DNA from: Azolla caroliniana
Taxonomy: Eukaryota > Plantae > Polypodiophyta
Length of the DNA stretch: 64,000 nt
Assembly: GCA_043228905.1 (NCBI GenBank)
Contig: JBHGNT010000015.1
Span: 13,454,001-13,518,000, forward strand
Reading direction: 5' to 3'
Shown here: positions 24,101-37,097 of the stretch, in pieces
How the letters are laid out: each line of letters starts with the position of its first letter
Position numbering within the stretch: the first letter of the stretch is position 1
Translations under genes and position numbers: made by a program
Notes under the pieces: model-generated
Database searches by the model: none
The model's input: the letters and a program-made list of their open reading frames with translations, nothing else
What the model was told of the DNA's origin: nothing

Positions 24101-27100
24101 GACAATCGCAGGAAATCAGACGACCGTGACCAGTACCACAACGACCAATATAGAGCAAACGATGAGTACGATCGGTATGGTGACAACCGGGAGGACCGGT
24201 ACGATCAACGGTATTCACGAAACGACCGACGGAACTTCTATAGAGGTTTGCGGAACAATCGTCGTCGAGACCCCCCTCCAAACGCCCCACACACCGCACA
24301 CCGCACCACGGGCCAACATGCCTACCCAAGCGGCCAGGAATCAATCACAACCCTTCCCACACACTGAGCTCAGTTACACAAGCAACTTGGCATCCATTAT
24401 CTGCTTTAAGTGTAACCAACCCGGCCACTACGCTACCCAATGCTCAACCTTGGACCTCGGCAAGGCCTCGGCTGTGAATACGATTATGGCCGATGTCCAA
24501 CACGTCACTACACGTAGCAAGACTCACGCCAGCCAATGGCAAGAACAAGATGACGTTCGACAAGCAGCCAAAGCAACGTGGCACGGATGCACACAGAGAT
24601 GCAGGACGTGACCATCGATGCACCACCGGCCGCAGGACCATCCACCACGGCAGAGGATGACCATCTATGGGAAGCCCTTATGTTGAGAGACAAGCTCAAC
24701 ATCGGCCGGATCGGCTGAGCAAGCCGAGGACTGGATCGGTTGGGACCGATCGGTTGGAAACCGGTACGCAGACCGGTGCGTAGGAAGGCCGTATCGGTGC
24801 GTAAACCAAAAGGCCGTTAGAGAGATATTCCTCGTAGGGAATAGTTTTGGGAGTAAGAGTCGAGGCTCATTTATGAGCAGTCAAGTACTATCGGTACTTG
24901 TGTTAGCCCATTGTCAGGGCTTGTATAAATGGTGCTCACTGAGCATGATGTATGTATAGAGTGTTAGTTTTTTGAATTGTTTTTTCCTGGTGTTTTACTC
25001 TCTTCTCTCTCTTAGGTCTCTCCCGTGCGTATAGTGCAAACCCAAGCTTTCCATTAAACCTACGTTTTCTGTTATTCAGTTTCCTATATTGCTTCCACAT
25101 GCCATTCTTTTCATGGTATCAGAGCGCGAGGGTTGAGAACCTCTGCTGCTGAGTTTGCTTGAAGGAAAACCAACGAAGAAGAACAAGAAAACTGATAGAC
25201 AGAGGAATGGCTAGCTCGCTTCCAACGGAGAAGCTCGACAGAACCAACTACGCATCTTGGTCCAACAAGACGCACCAGTACCTACTTGGGCACGGTTAGT
25301 GGAGCTATGTCTAAGGAGCGAATGACGTGGCACCCGAATCGACACATAAAGACTTCCCGGCGTGGGAACAATCGGCGAGCAGAGTGTTGTATTGTTTTGT
25401 GTCTTGTGTGGGCGAACAACTATTAAGCTACGTTCAGGATGCAAAAACGCCGAAGGGTGCGTGGGAAAATCTCAAGAAGATCTTCGCCGCGAGCACCATA
25501 GCCAGGAAGCTTCAGCTCCAACAGGAGTTGAGCAACCTGCGACAATGCGACTTGTCGGTGGCTGACTATACCTCGAAGATCAAGGACATATGTGACTCCT
25601 TAGCTTCCATCGATGTGAACATCGAGGAAAGCGAGATGGTCCAGGTCTGTCTCGGGGGTTTGGCGTCGAAGTTCGGGGCGTTCCTAACTGTTGTTTGTAC
25701 TTGGGAGAATACGCCATCCTTTTTTGACTTACAGTCGATGCTCCTAGTAGAGGAGAACCACGCGGGTGCATCAACGAGCACGCACACCAACAACAAGATG
25801 ATGTACACGGAGGGAGATAGGCCCCGTGGACGTGGAGGACGAGGCGAGTCGGTGCGCAATGGAGGCGGCCGACGAGATCAAGGTAGGAGGCACCGAAATG
25901 ATGCCGACAGCAATTCCGAACCCTCTGAAATAGGGGGAGTCGAGGCGATGAGAACCGGCAAGGGAAATCCGCCGCAGAATGCTGGTACTATGGCAAGAAA
26001 GGCCACAGGGAGAGCGAGTGCTGGAAAAAGCGCGTTGAGTCGGAGAGAACCGGTTCCGGATCTGGTTCCGGACATACCGACAAAGGAAACCGACAGCGAT
26101 CGCACTACACCGAAGGATCCAGAGAAGCCGGAAAAGGGTTAGTCTTCGTGACAAGACACGAACCAAACTCAATGAAATAGACCACCCTGAAATCGGACAA
26201 GGTGTGGTACATCGACTCCGGCGCATCAAATTACATGACGAGCCATAAGGAGTGGTTCTCGTACCTAGAAAAACCGATGCAACCGGGAGTAGTCGCAACC
26301 GAAGACGACACTCCGCATCCGATCGTGAATGTCGGAGAAGTTCCCCTCATGAACGTGCTACACGTTCTGACAATCACGAAGAACTTGGTGTCGGTCGGAC
26401 AGATTGTTGACCAAGGGATGGAGGTACGGTTTACACACCTCAGGTGCTTCATTGAGGAAGAAGGTTGTGGTATTGCGCAAGGGCGCAGAGCTGGGAGGAT
26501 GTTCATCCTTGACTCTACTGACGGTTGCACCGCAATGTTTGCGAAGGGACAAAAAGTCGAATCGGACATCGACTTATGGCACAACCGGATAGGCCACGTC
26601 AACTACCAGTGGCTTCAAGACCTGCAATCAAAACAAGTGGTGTTCGGATTGCCCAAATTTAGTGGCCGGAAGGCACAAATTTGTGAAGCCTGCCAGCTTG
26701 GGAAGCAACACCGACTTCCTTTCCCCAACAAGCATAACTAGGGCCGGAACAAGGTCGACTTGATACACTTCGATGTGTGGGGGCCGGCACAAAACGTATG
26801 CCTTGGCTGTTGAGAGACAAGCTCAACATAGGCCGGATTGGCTGAAGAAGCCGAGGACCGGATCAGTTGGGACCGATCGGTTAGGCCGAATGCGTAAACC
26901 GGTACGCAGACCGGTGCGTAGGTAGGGCCGGATCGGTGCGGAAACCAGGAGGCCGTTAGGAAAGATATTCCGTGAGGAATATATTTGGGAGTTAGTGTAG
27001 GATCTCTCAATGAGCATTGAAGTACTGTCAGTACTTCTGTCAGTCCTTCTAGGACTTGTATAAAAGTGTTCATTGAACTACCATATGTATAGACAATGGT

Positions 27101-29097
27101 GAATAGAGATTGTGTATTTTTTTTATACGTCTTGTGTTTTTCCTCTCTCACTCTCTCTGTCTCTCCCGCGTATACTGCGCTCAAGCTCTCCATTAAACTT
27201 GAGTTTTCTTTCTTCTGTTCGGTCTTCATACTTGCTTCCGCATGCTACTTTTTCATGGTATCAGAGCGCGAGGGTTGAGAACCTCTCTGCAACCGACACA
27301 GCTTGATGAAGAAGAATGATGGATAGAGGCATGGCGAGCTCGCTTCCAACAGAGAAGCTCGACAGAACCAACTACACGTCTTGGTCCTACAAGATGCACC
27401 AGTACCTGCTCGGGCACGGCTACTAGAGTTATGTCAAAGGAGCGAATGACGCGGCACCCGAATCGACACACATAGACTTCCCATCGTTGGAGCAATCGGC
27501 GAGCAGGGTATTATACTGCTTCACGTCGTGTGTGGGCGAACAACTATTGAGCTATGTTCGGGATGCAAAGACGCCGAAGGGTGCGCGGGAAAATCTAAAG
27601 AAGATTTTCGCCACGAGCACCACAGCCAGGAAGCTTCATCTCCGACAGGAGTTGAGCAACCTACGACAACGCGACTTGTCGGTGGCGGACTATACCTCAA
27701 AGATCAAGGATATCTGTGACTCCCTTGCCTCCATAGAGGTGAACATCGAGGAGAGCGAGATGGTCCAAATTTGTCTCGGAGGTTTGGCGTCGAAGTTCAG
27801 AGCGTTCCGAACGGCTGTGTGTACCCGGGAGAATACACCATCCTTTTTCGTCTTACAGTCAATGCTCTTGGTAGAGAAGAACCACGCGGGTGCGTCTACA
27901 AGCACGCACACCGACAGCAGAATGTTGTACACGGAGGGAGATAGGCCCCGTGGACGTGGAGGACGAGGCGAGTCGGCGCGCAATGGAGGCGGCCGACGAG
28001 ATCAAGAAAGAAGGCACAGAATTAATGCCGACATCAACTCCGGACCCTCTGGAAACAGGGGGAGTCGAAACAATGAGAACCGGCGAGGGAAGGCCATCGC
28101 GGACTGCTGGTACCGTGGCAAGAAAGGCCACAAGGAAAGTGAGTGCTAGAAGAAGCGCGCCGATTCGGAGAGAACCAGTTCCGGAAACAGCTCCGGACAT
28201 ACCGACAAGGGAAATCAGCAGCGATTGCACTACGCCGAAGACTCCGGGAGAGCCGGAGAAGGGTCTGCCTTTGTGACAAGACATGAAGCAAACTCAATGA
28301 AATAGACCACCCCGAGATCGGACGAGGTGTGGTACGTAGACTCTGGCGCGTTAAACCACATGACGAGCCATAAGGAGTGGTTCTCGTACCTTGAAAAACC
28401 GATACAACCTGGAGTAGTCTCAACTAGAGACGACACTCAAATTCGGGATGGCCGACTATAAGTCCGTCTCGACTCCTCTAGACAGAACCGTCAAGCTTCG
28501 TCCCGATACGGGAAAGGTATGCGACCCGACGAGGTTCCGACAAATTGTCGGAAGCCTCATATACTTGACCATCACCCGATCCGACCTCAGTTATCCGATC
28601 GGAGTGATCAGTCAGTTCATGGCGCGACCTACCGAGGTGCACCTTCAGTGTGCGCAACACATACTTCGGTATGTCAACGGCACTAAGGACCGGGGCTTGC
28701 TATATCGGACCGGTGCGGCCACGCAGTTAGTTGGCTACACCGATGCTGATTGGGCTGGCAATGCCGCCGATCGCAGATCCACGTCCGGATATGCGTTCTC
28801 CCTCGGGAGTGCCGCGATCGCATGGAGCAGTAAGAAGTAGCCGATAGTTGCACTGTCGAGCACTGAAGCTGAGTACCGAGGAGCGGCTGTCACGACATGC
28901 GAAGCCATATGGCTGAAGCAGCTACTTCAGGACCTGCAAGAGGAGGTGTCAACTCCAACGACGATCTACTGCGACAACCTCAGCAGCATCCAGCTCGCGA
29001 AAAACCCTGTTTTCCACGCACGAACTAAGCACATTGAGGTGCACTACCATTTCGTCCGTGAGCGTGTCCTTTCCGGTGAAGTCGAACTTCAGTACGT

Positions 29098-29786
29098 TGT
29101 CGTGAAGATTTTCGTCCATAGGCGGAAACCCGAGCGAAGCAAGCAAACCCGCGATGTGCAACGTTGCACATCACCATGTTGTATTTCTATTTATCGATAG
29201 TGATAAGTATGGTGCTAGAAATGCACCTTAGGATTTGTAAAGTGTAAAGGTGATGTGCTTTTGCGCGCACATCCACGTGAGAGAGAGAGAGATAGGTACA
29301 TAGTAGTTCGTGTAGAGATGGGAGTTAAGACCCATCCTTCCCACCTCCCCTAAAATCAAGGGAAATATCCCCATTGATTGAAAGGGGATATTTTGTAGCA
29401 CCTTTATGTAACGGTCTTCCCTCCTTGTGCTATAAAGGGAGAGGAAGAGCACCATTGTGGGGGTTGCCTTATTTTGAGTGTGAGTGAGGTATACCATTTC
29501 GTTTTAGGGTTTCGGGTTCCTTAGTTAGGGTTTCTTTCCTTCTTCGTCGGATTAGGGTTTTGGGTTTATCATAGTCGTTTGGTGCGGCCTACGCGGCCGC
29601 CATTTTTGTAATCGGTTTTCGGTTCTAATATATATTGTTGAGCATTTGGCCTCCATCTTCCTCTTGTTCATTCTTTCTCTTCTTGTGCTAAGCTCCATTC
29701 CGAAGTCCTATTCCTTCTCCCCTTCTCCTTAGTCCAAGACCCCCGTGGTTCCGCCCTTCTCCACGCACGCGCGTAACAACGCGACA
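29098..29786. mobile_element. Solo-LTR-like unit I (TGTCG...CGACA) inserted in RNase H of A3
   Basis: TGTCGTGAAGATTTTC...AACGCGACA flanked by ACGT at 29094-29097 and 29787-29790. Host reading ELQYV|PTDRQ resumes after it. Confidence 0.88.
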
Positions 29787-30337
29787 ACGTTCCGACGGAT
29801 CGGCAAACTTCCGACATCTTCACCAAGGCTCTTGGTGTGGACAAGTTGTGGCAATTCTCAAGTGCGCTCGGATTGCGTCACCTCGACGTGCTAAACTTGA
29901 GGGGGAGAACAGTCCCGAACGACCAAGCAAGGCAGCAGGAAAGGAGCGGAGTTCGCGACATCGAGTCGGTTGACTCGGTTGTCGAGTTCGACTTCGGATC
30001 GGCTGAAGAAGCCGGTGGGCGGACCCGCGGAAAAGTCCGAAAGCGGACAGAAGGGGAGCAGCCGAAGGAGAGAGCCGAAGCCAACCACGCATCGGGAAGA
30101 TGGCACCATCGAGGGCGAGAAGACCGAAGACAAGTTGGAGACAGCCAACTCGGACGAGAGCGAAAACCGATCGGAGGTAGCCGAGTCGGTTCGGATGTTT
30201 GATTCAAATACGTTGAATCAACCGAGGCCCAAGCGGAAGAAAAGGTAGCAGGAGAAGCGTCAACACCGCAACAGCAGAAGAGCTGATAAGGGGCACATGA
30301 GTAGACAAGGCGACCGGAAAGGTCGAAGCGCGCGGAA

Positions 30338-30356
30338 GTTTAGGGTTTAGGGTTTA
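30338..30356 (+). repeat. Short interstitial telomere repeat (TTTAGGG)2+ at a deletion junction
   Basis: GTTTAGGGTTTAGGGTTTA joins A3 3' region to its LTR tail. Not present in intact A1. Confidence 0.8.
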
Positions 30357-33300
30357 AGTTTTCTTCCTTTTGTTCGGTCTTCATACTAGATTCCGCACGC
30401 TACTTTTTCATTGGCGATAGTCGATATTTCGTCTCCTTCATCGACGACTACACGAGGCACACGTGGATCTACCTCATTGAGAGGAAGAGCGAAGTCTTCG
30501 ACTATTTTCGGGACCTCAAAGGGTTTGTGGAAACAAAAACGGAAGTGCGTGAGCCGGAGAGCTACGTAGAAGTGGCTAAGGACGCGAATTGGCGCACCGC
30601 GATGTAGGAAGAGATGCACGCATTGGCGGAAAATGAGACCTAGGACCTGGTTGACGCACCGAAAGGTGTGAAGCCAATCGGATGTAGGTGGGTGTACAAG
30701 GTCAAGTACAACACCGACGGCTCAATCAACCGATACAAGGCCCGGTTAGTAGTTAAAGGCTACACGCAGAAACAAGGCATCGACTATGATGAGACGTTCG
30801 CGCTGGTCGCGAAGATGACGACCATCCGTGTTTTGCTCGCGGTAGTTGCGGCAAAGGGGTGGCACTTACATCAGATGGATGTAAAGAATGCGTTCCTTCA
30901 GGGTGAGCTTGAGGAATAGGTGTACATGGTACAACCTCCCGGATTTCACTCCGGAACAAACACATCGGTAGTGTGCCGATTGAAGAAGTCCCTTTATGGA
31001 CTGAAGCAAGCCCCGCGTGCCTAGAACGCGAAGATCACGCAGCAACTGCGTCGGATGGGATTTGCAACGTCAAAATCAGACTCTTCCATGTTCATCCGGA
31101 AAGGTCGACTCGGTCCGGTCAGTATTTTACTATATGTTGATGACTTGGTCATCACCGGCGCCAACCTAGGTGAAATCGACCGCGTGAAGCTCCAACTTGC
31201 GGCATCATTCGACATGAAGGATCTGGGGGACCTTCATTACTTCCTTGGGATCGAAGTGATCTGCACCCCCGAAGGCATACTGATCAGCCAACGTCATTAC
31301 GCGTTGAATATGCTCTTCAAATTTGGGATGGCTGACTGTAAGTCCGTCTCGACTCCTCTGGATAGAACCGTCAAGCTTCGCCCCAATTCCGGAAAGGTAT
31401 GCGACCCGATGAGGTTCCGACAAATTGTCGGAAGCCTTATCTACTTGACAATCACCCGACCCGATCTCAGTTATCCAGTCGGGGTGATCAGTCAGTTCAT
31501 GGTGCGACCTACCGAGGAGCACCTTTAGTGTGCGCAATGCGTACTGCGGTACATAAGCGGCACTAAGGACCGAGGACTGCTATACCGGACCGGTACAGCC
31601 TCACAGTTGGTTAGCTACACCAATGTTGATTGGGTTGGCAACATCGCCGATCACCGATCCACGTCCGGATACGCGTTCTCTCTTGGGAGTGTTGCGATAG
31701 CGTGGAGCAGTAAGAAGCAGCCAACAGTTGCACTGTCGAGCACCGAAGTTGAGTACCGAGAAGTGGTTGTCGCGACATGCGAAGCCATATGGTTGAAGCA
31801 GCTATGTAAGGACCTGTAAGAGGAGGTATCCGATCTGACAACGATCTACTACGACAACCTCAGCAGCATCCAGCTCGCGAAGAACCCCGTTTTCCACGCA
31901 CGGACCAAGCACATTGAGGTGCACTACCATTTTGTCCGTGAGCGTGTCCTTTCTGGTGAAGTTGAACTTCATTATGCTCCGATGGATCGGCAAACTGCCA
32001 ACATCTTCACCAAGCCCCTTGGTCTGGACAAGTTGCGGCAATTCTCGGGTGCGCTTGGGTTGCATCACCTAGACGTGCCAAACTTGAGGGGGAGAACAGT
32101 CTCAAAAGACCGAGCAAGGGAGCAGGAAGGGAGCGGAAGAGGCCACGAGAACGAGTCGGATGACGAATTCGACTTCGGATCGGCTGAAGAAGCCGAGGGC
32201 GGATCTGCGGAAGAGTCCAAAAGCGGACATAAGGGGAGTAGCCGAAAGAAAGCACTGAAGCCAACCAAGCATGGGGGAGATGATGCCGTCAAGGGCGAGA
32301 AGACCGAAGACGAGTTGGAGACAGCTAACTCGGACGAGAGCGAAAACCGATCGGAGGTAGCCGAGTCAGTTCAGATGTTTGATTCGGATACACTGAATCA
32401 ACCGAGGGCCAAGTGGAAAGGAAGGCATCAGGGGAAGCACCAACACCGCAACAGGAAGGGAGTTGTGAAGGGCCGTGGGAGCAGACAAGCCGACCAAAAG
32501 GGTCGAAGCGCGCGGAGTCGAACAGGCCGAGGAGCGCGAGCGAGTCGTGGAGCCAGGAGGAACCGGAGCAGTGATCAGGAAGATCCCGAAGAGCCTCAAG
32601 TTGAGCTTGAGGGGGAGTGTTGAGAGACAAGCTCAACATTGGCCGGATCGGCTGAGCAAGCCGACGACCGGATCGGTTGGAAACCGGTACGCAAACCAGT
32701 GCATAGGAAGGCCGTATCGGTGCGTAAACTGAAAGGCCGTTAGAGAGATATTCCTCGTAGGGAATAGTTTTGGGAGTAAGAGTCGAGGCTCATTTATGAA
32801 CAGTCAAGTATTGTCAGTACTTGTGTCAGCCCATTGTCAGGGCTTGTATAAAAGGTGCTCACTGAGCACGATGTATGTACAGAGTGTTAGTTTTTTGAAT
32901 TGTTTTTTCCTGGTGTTTTACTCTCTCTCTCTGTGTCTCTCACGTGCGTACAGTGCAAACCCAAGCTTTCTATTAAACCTGCGTTTTCTGTTGTTCGATT
33001 TCCTATATTGCTTCCACACGCCATTCTTTTCACCTTACAACCGCTAAGATCTCGCTACCATTACATAAGTTGTTACCACTCATGCCGCGCTTTCAGGATA
33101 CCTTGGCTAAGCTCACGGCTAACGACAAATCGGTCGTACCCCCGGTTAACCTGACGGAGCCAGGGACATGCCCACCCCTCATGGATTCCTAGAATCCAGC
33201 CGTGAAAATCATGCTTAAAGGACGCGACCTTCATGGGTGCATAATCGACGACGGCTCCGGTGTGAACGTCATCAGCGAGGCCACATGTCACACCTTCGGC

Positions 33301-36300
33301 ATAAACCAATGGGAGCCTTGCCCCTTTTTGGCTTCGGATGGCCGATACACGATTGGTTCGCCCCATCGGATTAATCTGCCACCTCAACTTTACTCTAGGA
33401 GGCCACATGTTCACTATCTCGGTCGTTGTATTACGACTCGAAGCACAGGGCGCCTACCCAATGTTACTTGGCAGACCATGGTTGCGCACAGCAAATATCA
33501 AACAGCATTGGCAGCGCAACATGATCTCGTTTCGTTGAGGAAAGACCAAGGTCCGGATCATAACCAAAGAACGCATAACCACGCCCCACAACACCTCGCC
33601 GTTATACGCGGAAGGGGTGCACATGCTCGACGGGTTAGCTGATGACGAGGTGGATGACTTCCTAGAAGACCATCCCACTATCATACCCCTCTTCGAAATC
33701 GACGCGATATCGGCCGTCGGCACACCTCTAGAAGAGGAGGTCACGGAGAATACAACTCCCTAGGATGAGCCAGATCCCACCACCATCGTAGAATTACGAC
33801 ACGCTCGGGATGCTTTTGAACGGGAACTCACCATCTACCAACGAGTGAAGGCATCAATGCTCGAAACACTGAACCTCCGTTCAGACGAGAACCCTTGCAC
33901 CCTACAGATTGCTAATAACGTACTAGCCGGTGAATGAGCATCCCTCATACGCTTACTCACCGATTACCAGGATGTATTCGCATGGTCTTACATGGATATT
34001 CAATATTACCAACACCAAATCCATCTTCTCCTTGACGCTTAGCCGGTTCAGCAAAGACGCTACCGGATGAACCCCAATTATGCGGCTAAGGTCAAGGAAG
34101 AAATAGACAAGCTCCTCCGAGTCGGGTTCATATGACCTGTAAAACACGCCACATGGTTAAGCCCAATCGTAGTCATCCCCAAGAAAAACGGGAAAATCCG
34201 AGTCTGCGTCGACTACCGCAAGCTTAATACTGCAACGGTCACGGATGGATTCCCTCTCCCATTCACGGATAGCGTTCTCGACACAGGTCACGAATGCTAC
34301 AGCTTTCTAGACGGGTTTAGTGGCTACAACCAAATCAAAATGCACCTGGATGATCAGGAGAAAACAACATTTGTCACGGAATGGGGTGTTTTCGTGGCAG
34401 AAGTAATGATGTTCGGTTTGAAAATGGCGTCTGCCACGTTCCAGAGCATCATCACCGAAATTTTTAACGAATATATCTCGACGTTCATGCAAGTCTTTCT
34501 CGACGAATTCGCCGTGTATGGCCAGCGACTGGAACACATATGTCTTTGTCTTGGTCGATGTCACCAGGCTCGGTTAAGTTTAAACCCAGCAAAATGCGCG
34601 TTCTTGGTCACAAGCGGCAACCTACTCGGGCACATCGTCAGTAAAGAAGGTATCGCCATGGACCCGGATAAAGTACAAGCCATCCTAAACGCCCCCGCAC
34701 CCTTGAACGCAAAGGCCCTCAGCCGATTTCTGGGACAAATCAGATGGCACAGCCGGATGATACGCCACCTGGCCGGTTTCGCGACACCACTACACGCGGC
34801 GGTGCATCGACTTCCCTTTTAATGGACTTCAATCGAGGACGAGGCTTACCAAGCTTTGAAGTTAATGCTCTCGCATGCCCCAGTTGTACAACCCCCGATA
34901 TGGTCGGAACCTTTTCACGTCTTCGTGGACGCATCAGATATCGCCATCGGGAGCGCACTCATGCAATGCACGCCCCCAAATTGGTATCGGCAAGTGTATT
35001 ATGCTAGCCGACGTCTCTCGGCCGTGGAAAAGAACTATTGAACCACCGATCAAGAGGCCCTCGGTATGATCTACAACATCAGTAAATTTCGGCACTACCT
35101 CTTAGGCCGAAAATTCACATTTCATGTCGATCACTCGGCCTTCCTTTACCTGGTCAATAAACAAGCCCTGACAGGTCGACTGGCTTGATGGATGCTCCTG
35201 TTACAAGAGTTTGATTTTCATATACATCATTGACCCGAAGTCCAACACGTCATCGTTGACTACCTAAGTCGCCTCGAGTCAGGGGACCCTGCCGAGTCCA
35301 CGTATGACGATTTACCCGATGTCGACCTATTTAATCTCAGAACGCTGCCATACAACAAAGAAGATGAATGGATCACGGAGATGACCCATTTCCTTAGTAC
35401 TGGCCAGCCTCCCGACCACATGCCCCTCGATGCACGGAAATGACTCGCAGTACGAAACCGAAACTTTTGTCTCGTTTCCAACACCCTCTACCACAAAGGC
35501 TCGGACGGAATATGGCGCGAGCAATTCGACAATTCGAGAAGAAGGCCATCCTCCAAGAGGCCCACCTAGGAATCGTTGGTGGACACTACGTCGGAGAGTC
35601 CACGGCAAGGAAAGTATGGTAGAGTGGGTTATGGTGGCCTACAACGAAAAAGGATGCCCACGAGTTCTGTCGGCAGTGCGACTTGTGCCAACGATTGGGA
35701 CAACCGATGGAACAAGCTCGAATGCCACACCAACCCATTCTTCCATTGGAACCATTTCAAAAATGGGGGTTAGATTTTGAGGGACCCTTCAAACCAGCCG
35801 CGGCCCGAACCGGTAATAAGTATATCATCGTGGCCACGGACTACTGCGCAAAATGGGTCGAGGCAAAGGCTTTACGAGACAACACGACAACATCCACGAC
35901 CAAATTCATGTATGAACATCTTCTGGTGCTGTTATGGATGCCCAATTGAGCTCGTTAGTGACCAAGGTGGGCACTTTATAAACCATATAATATGCGAGCT
36001 TACGACACACTACACGGTTGTACATAAGAAAAGTACACCATACTACCCGCAGACAAACGGATTGGCAGAATTGACTAACAAAATTCTCCAAACAATCCTG
36101 AAGAAGATCGTCAACGAGAACCGCACCGATTGGGATGACAAGCTCTAGAGTGCACTATGGGCTTATCGCACTACATTCAAAACGAGCATTCAATCCACCC
36201 CCTTTCGGATGGCTTTTGGTCTCGAAGTCGTTATGCCCATCGAGTTCCAAGTTCCGAGTCTCCGAGTTCAAGTTAAAGCAAGGCTCCCCGAGGCCCAATC

Positions 36301-37097
36301 CGAACAATTTAGGTTGGAACAACTCCTTGAACTTGGCAAGGACCGAGTAGCGAGCATGGCCCAACTTGAACAGCGCCAACGACAACAGAAAGCCTTTGTG
36401 GACCGACATCGGAAAGGATTGGAACAAGAACTGACCATCGGCAAACCGGTCCTCGTTTTCCAGACATGACTCGGTGCCATGCCAGGGAAGTTACGATTTC
36501 GATGGACTGGCCCCTTCTGGATTATTGACGAGTTTAACGGCACGTTCCAACTCAGCACCCTTGCTGGGGAAATTGTCAAAAGCTGGGTGAATGGATTCCG
36601 ACTGCGACCGTACCAGGGGAATACCCCAACCAACCCTTTCGCCGAGTCTCACAGCACGGACAATGCCACGAAGGAGGCCACGTGTCCCCCTCAGTAAGAA
36701 CCCACCAACATTCCAAAGCGTACATTAGGTAGGATTAGGCATAGTTTTAGCAATTAGTTAGTTCCACCTAAACCACCTACCACATCACCCAAATCGCATC
36801 ATGTTTAGAGGCACACACTAGTCACTTTCACATTCACTTAAGTATTTAAAGGTACATGCATAGCATCCAAGGCACAACACTAACTCCCTAGGACACGTGG
36901 CCATAATATCCTATTATGGCATCCACGACCAAGAATCTCCAGGCTCCTCTTCATGCACAAAACCCTAGGCGTTCGCTAAAAAACAATTACCCCAAGCACA
37001 CCCCACACACAGACGCTTTCTTGCACACCCAGCCTTCATCGCTCCCACGCTCTCAAGCCTCCTCTCGCTCTCAGCGCTTTCATCGCTCCCACCGCTC

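Larger units (their letters stand above)
26808..30410 (+). mobile_element. Ty1/copia element A3 nested in A2, with two deletions
   Basis: 5' LTR 26808-27255, PBS 27256-27267, TSD TTGGC at 26803-26807 and 30411-30415. Deletion near 28437 joins protease to late RT. 3' LTR reduced to about 30357-30410. Confidence 0.95.
24681..33032 (+). mobile_element. Ty1/copia element A2 (variant LTR) inserted in gag of E; hosts A3
   Basis: LTRs 24681-25113 and 32618-33032, PBS TGGTATCAGAGC 25114-25125, PPT GAGGGGGAG, TSD CCTTA at 24676-24680 and 33033-33037. Most of integrase deleted near 30545. Confidence 0.96.
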
